Shown piece after piece: positions 33,091 through 40,493 of a stretch of DNA of 40,493 nucleotides; the stretch's first letter is position 1, and the number at the start of each line of letters is the position of its first letter. Source of the DNA: Craspedostauros australis (taxonomy: Eukaryota); the NCBI GenBank assembly GCA_030167865.1, contig JALAGF010002295.1, positions 1-40,493 of the forward strand. The letters run 5' to 3'. A program made the position numbers and the translations under genes. The notes under the pieces were generated by a model. That model did no database searches. It worked only from the letters and a program-made list of their open reading frames with translations, and had not been told where the DNA came from.

Positions 33091-35174
33091 ATGTCTGCCA
33101 CCAAGAACAACGTCGAAGATATCGAAAATGCTGTGCCCAAAGTCCCCATGAAGGGTCGATCAAACATCCATGGAGATCCATTCGCTGAGCGCGCAGGCAA
33201 GACCCTGACATGGACCAACGTCGACATGGTCCTCAAGGGGCAGGAAGGAGAGGAGGATCGCAAGCTCCTCGACAACGTGTGGGGAGAGGTTCCTGCAAAG
33301 CAGACCACTGCCATCATGGGACCAAGGTACGCACGCGCAAACGTTGGCAACCCCGTTGCTGGATATCCGGTTTGCGACCGATGCAACCAACACAGCAACA
33401 TTTGATCGGCATTCCCTTGGGTGCATCCGTTATCCACTACGATTTCATATCACGGAACCAACTCATCAATCGATCGCTCTTCGCCACTCCCCATCTCGCA
33501 ACACAAACCAACAACGACCGACGACCCAACAGTGGCGCCGGAAAGACATCCCTCCTCAACATCCTGGCTGGACGTGCCGCTTCCCGTGGTCGCATCACCA
33601 TCACCTTCGACGTCCGGCTTAACAACTACAGGGTCGATCCAACCGATGTCAAGGTGCGCCAGCAGATCGCCTTCGTCGCCCAGGATGACTCCCTCCAGGT
33701 CACATCCACGCCACGGGAGGCGATCCGCTTCTCTGCTCGCCTTCGTCTGCCTCGATCCACCACTGACGAGGAGATCGAGCTCCTCACCAACCGCATGCTG
33801 ACCGAGCTCGGATTGGAGGACTGCGCCGATACCATCGTTGGAGGTGCATTGATCAAGGGAATCAGCGGCGGGCAGCGCAAGCGTGCATCCGTCGGAGTGG
33901 AGCTGGTGACCAAGCCGGCCCTCGTGTTCCTGGACGAACCCACATCTGGATTGGACAGCTTCTCCGCGGTTCAGCTTTGCCGCGTCCTGAGGAAGGTCGC
34001 GAATGCCGGATCTAGCGTCCTCTTCACCATCCACCAACCCAGCTCCGAGATCTTCAACTCCTTCGACCATCTCATCCTCTTGAACAAGGGCCGTGTGATG
34101 TACCAAGGTGCGGTCGCAGCCGTTCCAGAGTATTTTGCTGGGCGCGGACAGGCGGTGCCGCAATACTACAACAGCGCCGATCACATCATGAACGTGGCAC
34201 AGTCCGTCGACATGGCCGATCTTGACCAGGCTGGGTTCTTCCCGGCTGACGAGCGTGATCTGCCAGATCCATTCGACGGCGAGGAGACCAGCAAACATGA
34301 TGCGTTGGGAGTCACAGCCCGCTCCAATAGCGGTGAGGACGACTTCGATCCACGCCCCGTCGGTCTCTTCACTCAACTCTATCTGTTGTTCACCCGCGAG
34401 CTGATCAACTTGCGCCGCGATGCGGCCACGCTTGGCACCAAGTTCGGTCTGACCACCTTCTTGTCCATGCTCATCGGCATCATCTTCAATGATGTTGGAT
34501 CATCTGACCCGTCCGATATCATCAACACCCAGAGCAGATTCGGCGCTCTCATCATCTGCTTGATGATGGGGATGTTCGGTACGGCCCAGCACGCATTGCT
34601 GCAGTTCCCATCAGAGCGTCCTGTCTTCCTCCGCGAGTACTCGACCAATCACTACTCTGTCATTTCCTACTTCCTCTCCCGGCTCACTATGGAGGCGATC
34701 GTGACGCTTGCCCAGAACATGTTCCTGACGACCATCACCTACTTCCTCATCGACTTTCAGATGGATTATGGTCAGTACTTGATCATCACCTACGCTCTGT
34801 CCATGGTATCCACGGCACTTGCCGTCACTCTCGGTAGCACAGTCGAAGATCCCAAGACCGCAACCGAGATGCTCCCAATCCTCTTCGTCCCGCAGATGCT
34901 GTTCGCAGGCTTCTTCGTTGCCACAGACCTCATCCCGTCCTGGTTGCGATGGGCGCAGTACCTTTGCTCCTTGACGTACGTCCTTCGGCTGTTGGTGATC
35001 GAAGAGTTCGAGGGCTGCGAGGATGAGTTTGAGAACTGCAAGGACACCCTCGACCAGCTTGAGGCCGACGACGATGAAACCTACTGGTACTGGCTGGTGC
35101 TCATCACGCTTTTCGTGGTGTTCCGTCTGCTGTCACTCACGATCCTGACGAGCAAGGCGAACAAGTTCTACTAA
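33091..35174 (+). CDS. ABCG (White/BCRP-type) half-transporter; exons 33091-33326 and 33533-35174, 625 aa
   Basis: Walker A GP|SGAGKT across GT-AG intron 33327-33532, ISGGQRKR signature, VFLDEPTSGLD, TIHQP, and a C-terminal TMD with ERPVFLRE. Confidence 0.95.
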
Positions 35175-35469
35175 GACCTGATGGTGGCGCTTGTCTTCTT
35201 GATAGAGCTCTGTCCTGATGGTATCTGGCTCGGCCAAAGGACAAACCTGCAATGCACGAGAAAGCGCGCAACGAATGTAGTGTTCCACCGAATCCGCAAA
35301 CACGCTGGCACAGCTACACCTACACCAACATAAATCTAGAATAGTAGCATTAGACATTATGGCACGTTTTAGAGTAGCGACGCATTTCGTCTTTGCTGGT
35401 TCAGCTTTGAGCTGTTTGTGTGATTTCTGCAATCATTGGAGAGATTTGGCCAGTGCGATTGCCGCATGG

Positions 35470-37656
35470 TTATTGAGATGAATTCGTCTTGGCTTGCTTG
35501 CAACTTGAGGGATACTCCTCGTGCTGGTTTTTGCGCTTGCGACGCGAACATCCGCCGTGCGCTTCAGTGTCATGTGGATGCGGGTTGTTTGCAACACTGT
35601 GATCCCGGACCACCGAGTGGGAAAGTTCAATAGACTCCACAGGAGGCCCATCAATCGTATCCGGCACAGATCCACCTGGGGCTCTGTGCACAGTTGGAGC
35701 TCTCTCATCGTCGCTCATAGCATCCTCTGTCTCCTCCAATGTGTTTGATCCCGAATCGTGCGAAGATGCAGGTTCATGGTGCGTCGGCTGGATCATTGGT
35801 TCTTTCTGGATTGGGTATCCGAAACGTCCGGAACGGACTGCGTGTACGGATTCGAAATCACTTTCATGGTCACGGCTCGCCGCGTTCACTTGCGGGCAGA
35901 AGTATGGAGAAGTGAAGGGTGGTTGACGCATGCCCTGTCGAGGGGGTTCGGCCGATGCAGTGGGTGCTGACGGTGACGAAAACGGGTGATAACGACCATA
36001 CAAGTGCGGTTGAGAGAATCCCGGCTGACGCACGGGCCACATGCTTCCTCCTGTACCATCGTTGGAATATTCAAGGGGATTGCTCGCATCGAATGCATGT
36101 CGGAACCTAGGTTGGATTGCACCGTGCAACGAGACAATTGGTCGCTCCATTTGTTGTGAATCGACCATCGCGGCCGTGCCGTTTGATGCTGGAATACAAT
36201 CCATTCCGCACGGTCGCGACACCTGGGCTTGGTACGCAGTTCTGTCCAACTTGTTTCCCATGAAACCACTCCCATCGGTCTCGTGGTGACGGAGTTCGGT
36301 TGTGCCCATTTTATCCGTCCAAGTGTTGGTCAACGACGTCAATCGAGCGTCCATGGAGTGGAGCTGTTGCATCAAAGCAGATACGTCTGTGTCTGTTGCA
36401 CCATCGAACCCATTCCGCTGTGGCGCATTTGAAAAGACGGATCGGTAGATGCCGTGGAGATATAGAATTGCGACAAGCGACGCCATCAAGTTGGCGAAGA
36501 GTTGGAGCACTGGAATTCCTCCCACCTGCATTGCTGTGTGCGTTTCTAAAATGCGGTTGAAGACGGTGTGAATGACACCCAAAATGATGAGACGTTGACG
36601 CGTTGCTCGGTGCGACAGAGGCGCCGTGGCGATGATGATGACCGCAAGCCACCCAAGCATGGCGACCAATGCTTTGAGCAGGGCGATCTTGCTTCGTCCG
36701 AAGTGTTGCACCGCATCGAATAGTGAAAACCAAGGATCGACAGTATTTCTAGCCTGATGCAAGGCGCTCATAATTCCCTCAAGTTCTGCCTTTTGGGCCG
36801 CCAAGGACTGTTCCTGTTGCTCCCTCAACTCCGAATGCATCTGCTTCCATTTGGTGGTCTTGTCGGTGATTTCGGATTGGATGAGATGGACTTGAGTCGC
36901 GAGGGAGCCAGTTTGGTTTTGAACGTGTTGTGAGAAGACGCTGTGCAGGTCCATCATATGATGGTACTGCTCCCTGTGGGCGAGTTGCATTCTTTGCTGC
37001 TCGAGCTTGAGATCGTCAAGGTTGTTGCGAACCTGGCTTGATGCTTGTGCGAGCAGGTGGCTGGTGGATTCGAAATGCAGCACGGCCACCTCCTGGAGCA
37101 AGCGGGTGCAGAGTTGGTTGACGTATGAGAAAAAGTGCGTGTACGCCTGAAGGCCAGGCTCGGAAAGCAGTTTCAAGCACGTGGATGTATCTTCCGGCGT
37201 GGTCGGAACCTGCTGTGCGCACATTTCTAGGGCTTGATCTGTTCCGGTGGCCCTGTTGCCATCATAGAGCGGACGCCCAACATCGGTGAGATGGCAGCTC
37301 GCCAGGGCCAAGGCGAGCTGTTTCTGTTGATCCACCGTCATTGACAGGCACATCTGGGAGGCGTCACCCTGCGCTGGAACTGCGTTGATGGCATCAACTG
37401 CCTCCAACCAACACTGTGGTGACGACGGCAGTTGGTGGGTCGCTGGCATGATGTTATGGTCATCATTAGATTGGGGCATGCCGTGCACTGATCCATCGTG
37501 TCGGTTGCGAATGGAGTTGACGTTGCCGTTGGCGTAGTGCTGGTTGATGTGCTGGGAACCGAGCATGATGTTTCCTGCTGCTGATTGCGCAACGGCAGTG
37601 GACGGTGCATGTTGCACTGCCAGCATTGCGAAGAGAAAGGGGCATTTGAAGGCCAT
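35470..37656 (-). CDS. GEX1: GEX1/KAR5/Brambleberry-family nuclear envelope fusion protein, 728 aa
   Basis: Signal peptide; Cys-rich domain CW...C..M...QQKQLALALASCHL...GRP...C...C...L.....AYTHFF..VNQLC; coiled coil; 2-3 TM helices; long disordered tail. Confidence 0.85.
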   Translation of the reverse strand: MAFKCPFLFAMLAVQHAPSTAVAQSAAGNIMLGSQHINQHYANGNVNSIRNRHDGSVHGMPQSNDDHNIMPATHQLPSSPQCWLEAVDAINAVPAQGDASQMCLSMTVDQQKQLALALASCHLTDVGRPLYDGNRATGTDQALEMCAQQVPTTPEDTSTCLKLLSEPGLQAYTHFFSYVNQLCTRLLQEVAVLHFESTSHLLAQASSQVRNNLDDLKLEQQRMQLAHREQYHHMMDLHSVFSQHVQNQTGSLATQVHLIQSEITDKTTKWKQMHSELREQQEQSLAAQKAELEGIMSALHQARNTVDPWFSLFDAVQHFGRSKIALLKALVAMLGWLAVIIIATAPLSHRATRQRLIILGVIHTVFNRILETHTAMQVGGIPVLQLFANLMASLVAILYLHGIYRSVFSNAPQRNGFDGATDTDVSALMQQLHSMDARLTSLTNTWTDKMGTTELRHHETDGSGFMGNKLDRTAYQAQVSRPCGMDCIPASNGTAAMVDSQQMERPIVSLHGAIQPRFRHAFDASNPLEYSNDGTGGSMWPVRQPGFSQPHLYGRYHPFSSPSAPTASAEPPRQGMRQPPFTSPYFCPQVNAASRDHESDFESVHAVRSGRFGYPIQKEPMIQPTHHEPASSHDSGSNTLEETEDAMSDDERAPTVHRAPGGSVPDTIDGPPVESIELSHSVVRDHSVANNPHPHDTEAHGGCSRRKRKNQHEEYPSSCKQAKTNSSQ

Positions 37657-38459
37657 GGCGGTTGATCGATGCTTACTATCAGATGATGTGTTGTGATGTA
37701 AATAGCTGGTGTTGCTGCTACTGCTGCTGTTGTCGATGGCGATGATGAAGACGATGGTGATGACAGATGAACATTCGAAAAGAATGAGAGGAGAGGAGCT
37801 GTGATCAGAGCTGTGACTTCCAACGCCCGAAGCGTAGCTGTCGGCCGATGTGTGCTCGTCTTCTCTTCCTCTGGACTAGTAGTATGTCACCACCGCCATG
37901 CAGAACTCGTCGACCGCAGTCGTGCTCGTGCCGTGCTCAATTGAGATCCGTCAACTCATGATCAATCCATGCACCCTCGGCAGATCCATCATCGTGCCTT
38001 CATCTGTTGGCAATGCTACACACACGATTGTGATTGCAACTGCGAACATGATTATGGTGCCTATGATTACTCCACGATTGCGTCCAACACCATCTTCCGA
38101 TCTTGTTGTGTGGCGTCCAGTGCCAACAAAACCACCACAGTCTTTCCGATCGTGTTCGAGTTTCGCGCGCTTCCACAGACAATAATTTCAACCCTGATGC
38201 GGTTTAACCGTTACTTAACTGTGATTCGAAATGTTCGTCAAGCACAACGGACGGAAATTCGAAAGACAAGGTCCGACACCGAGACAAGATCCAAAACCCC
38301 CGAAACAGACAGACCACACACAAAGGTCCTCGACGCCACACATCGCTGCGGATCGAGTAGCCAGAGATGATGGTCGTAGAAGGCAAAACAGAACAATCGC
38401 GAAAACATTATCTCTCCAAACACAACCACCACATTTGCACAACTAAACTCGGACGCAAC

Positions 38460-39437
38460 ATGATGATGTCTTCTTCGTCTCGAATGGTGCTGCGGCGGTT
38501 GCAGATGCAGCATGGCGCAGCAAGCGCAAGCGCAATGAAGATGGCCATGGCGCGGCCCTTCTCCAGCACGCAGAGCGTGCTCATGGCAGCCAAATCGAAG
38601 TCCAAGAGCAATCTCATCACCAAGATCAATATCGCTGAACATGTTGCCGCCGAACACGAACTCTCCAAGGCAAAGTCGAAGCGGATTGTGGATTCCATCG
38701 TTGACTTCATGACACAAGTAAGGAACCTCAGTCAGCGCAACAAGCGCAGATGCATGGATGTATCGATGCGTGTATACGCACACACAGGCTGGTGGGAGGT
38801 GGCATATTAGAGTAGAGGTGATTCTACACTTCCAGTTCACGCACATTCGTTTCGCACGGCACGATCCATCATCTATCCATCAGAGACGGGTTGGGCTGAG
38901 TTGCATTGCATTGCACTGGGCGAGTGGATGAACATGTGATCTCATGGTAGCTCGTTCCACAGCTGTGTGCATGCGTGGTTGTGGTTGATCCATTGTATCA
39001 TCGCTTCATCGGTTGTTGGCAGCAAACAATGAGTCCTCGTACTTGACTTCGCGCGTAAATCGGATCATTGACTGGGACCGTTGTGTTGATGATCGCCCAT
39101 CAGCATGTGTCATTCCAATGACGAGATAGCGTCACCACTGTTGCTGCTTCTGCTGATGATGATACAGTCACCTTGCCACATCTTGCACTCAACAACTCAC
39201 CACTCTCTCTCTCTCTCTCTCTGCCGTTCTGTACTCACGACGCTTCTTGATCACACCAATGAAAAGACCATTGTGGATGGCGGGACTGTCAGACTCACCA
39301 AGTTCGGAAGCTTGTCTAGAAAGACATCCAAGGCGCGAATGGGCACCAACCCACAGACGATGGCCCAAATGAAGATCCCTGAGAAGCAACGGATCAAGTT
39401 CAAGGCTTCCGGCGTGTTGAAGGAGCAGGTGAACTAG
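38460..39437 (+). CDS. Bacterial-type histone-like DNA-binding protein (HU/IHF family) with a mitochondrial-type presequence; exons 38460-38717 and 39267-39437, 142 aa
   Basis: ITK..IAEHVAAEHELSKAKSKRIVDSIVDFMTQ|TIVDGGTVRLTKFGSL....SKARMGTNPQT...MKIPEKQRIKFKASGVLKEQVN follows the HU pattern. Phase-0 GT-AG intron 38718-39266. Confidence 0.9.
39203..39222. repeat. (CT)10 microsatellite near the 3' end of the HU intron
   Basis: Directly visible. Confidence 0.85.
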
Positions 39438-39834
39438 TAGGGGCGCTGCCAACAGGTATCGACTTGCTCACTTCTGTTCGTCGACAGCATGGAGGTAAAC
39501 TAAGACATCTTGACTACCACACATACATTTGGACGTTCATACGCACATACGTAAGAGTATGTCCAAACAAGGCTTTGAGTATCTGATCATGTCTTGCTAG
39601 CGGAGTGGCAGGGCATGGCCGCGACGGAGACTGCACTTGCCTTCCGAACGGCTCGATTCTCTCTAGAGAGGTTCCGTTACTATTGATAACATTGCCATTT
39701 GATAGGTAGAGCATACAGTGTCATCATGTTGGAGGATCCCCAGCTTCGTCGCTCACCCAAGGCTTCTACCATCATGTCTCTACTCGCACGGGCCATCGCT
39801 CTTGACTACGATCGTGGCCTTTCCTGACTTGAAG

Positions 39835-40249
39835 ATGCGCTTGCTTCTGTTTGCCTTGGTCTTGCAATCTTCAGCAGTCACCACTATTCACTGTTGTCGT
39901 CTATGACTGCTGCAAGGGTGGAGTTTCCCACGAGTTCTGCTGGAGTGCCACCGAGAGTGCTTGCAATGATGTCGGAGACACCTGCCGCCAAGTCGTCAGC
40001 GAGACTTCGGACGATCCTGGGGACAAAGATCAAGATGAAGATGAGGAGGAGGTTGTCGGTGGACATCAACATGTGGTTTGGCACAACAAGAGAGCGGTGT
40101 CTGTGTCTTCCACAGCACCAAGCTCGATCTTGCCATGGAAAGATGGTGTTGGGATTCTTGCTCCTGCTTTTGCTTGCCTTTGGACCAACAGGAGTTCCAA
40201 AGTTGTGATTCAAGTGAGGAGTGGGCACGAAAGCCGTGCCGCATGTTGA
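39835..40249 (+). pseudogene. Probable decayed secreted-protein gene relic
   Basis: Signal-peptide-like MRLLLFALVLQSSAVTT at 39835 is frameshifted relative to ORF 39851..40249, which is His/Cys-rich and Tyr-poor. No TpA occurs from 39904 to 40269. Confidence 0.35.
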
Positions 40250-40493
40250 GTCAAGCACCCTGATGATCTTAGATCAGACTGAGTGAGAAAGAACGCTTCA
40301 TCATCATGTTCCAAGTACGAAGACACGCCACTCGTATCCAAAAGCGAGGACACAAACACGCAAACGATTGGCCACAGAACACGATCGGCACAATCCGAAG
40401 AGATGATGATGGATGAACGTTCGTTGCTTTGATTCTTTCATTCCGCAACAAGACGACATGGGCACTAATGTTCCTTGCTTGCTCCAGACAATC

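Overview
Gene-dense, intron-containing eukaryotic nuclear DNA, most likely from a diatom (bipartite ASAFAP-type plastid presequences, PTSA-repeat proteins, an M6 protease, GT-AG introns of 174-549 bp). About 13 protein-coding genes are supported. In order: a 5'-truncated Cys-rich protein with a PTSA linker, a plastid BASS/SBF symporter, SF3B2, a DHX57/DHX29-like helicase, an M6 metalloprotease, an orphan ORF, a TPK-type two-pore K+ channel with EF-hands, a plastid At4g37920-like protein, a DUF6625 + GT49-like glycosyltransferase fusion, aminopeptidase P, an ABCG half-transporter, GEX1/KAR5, and a bacterial-type HU protein with a mitochondrial-type presequence. Several decayed segments show TpA-free tracts and His/Cys enrichment, and in one alignable case Tyr->His/Cys changes, suggesting a local TpA->TpG/CpA (A->G at TpA) mutational process. 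No rRNA, tRNA, CRISPR array or intact transposon was recognised. Exon models were derived by hand; family calls come from recalled motifs, not database searches.
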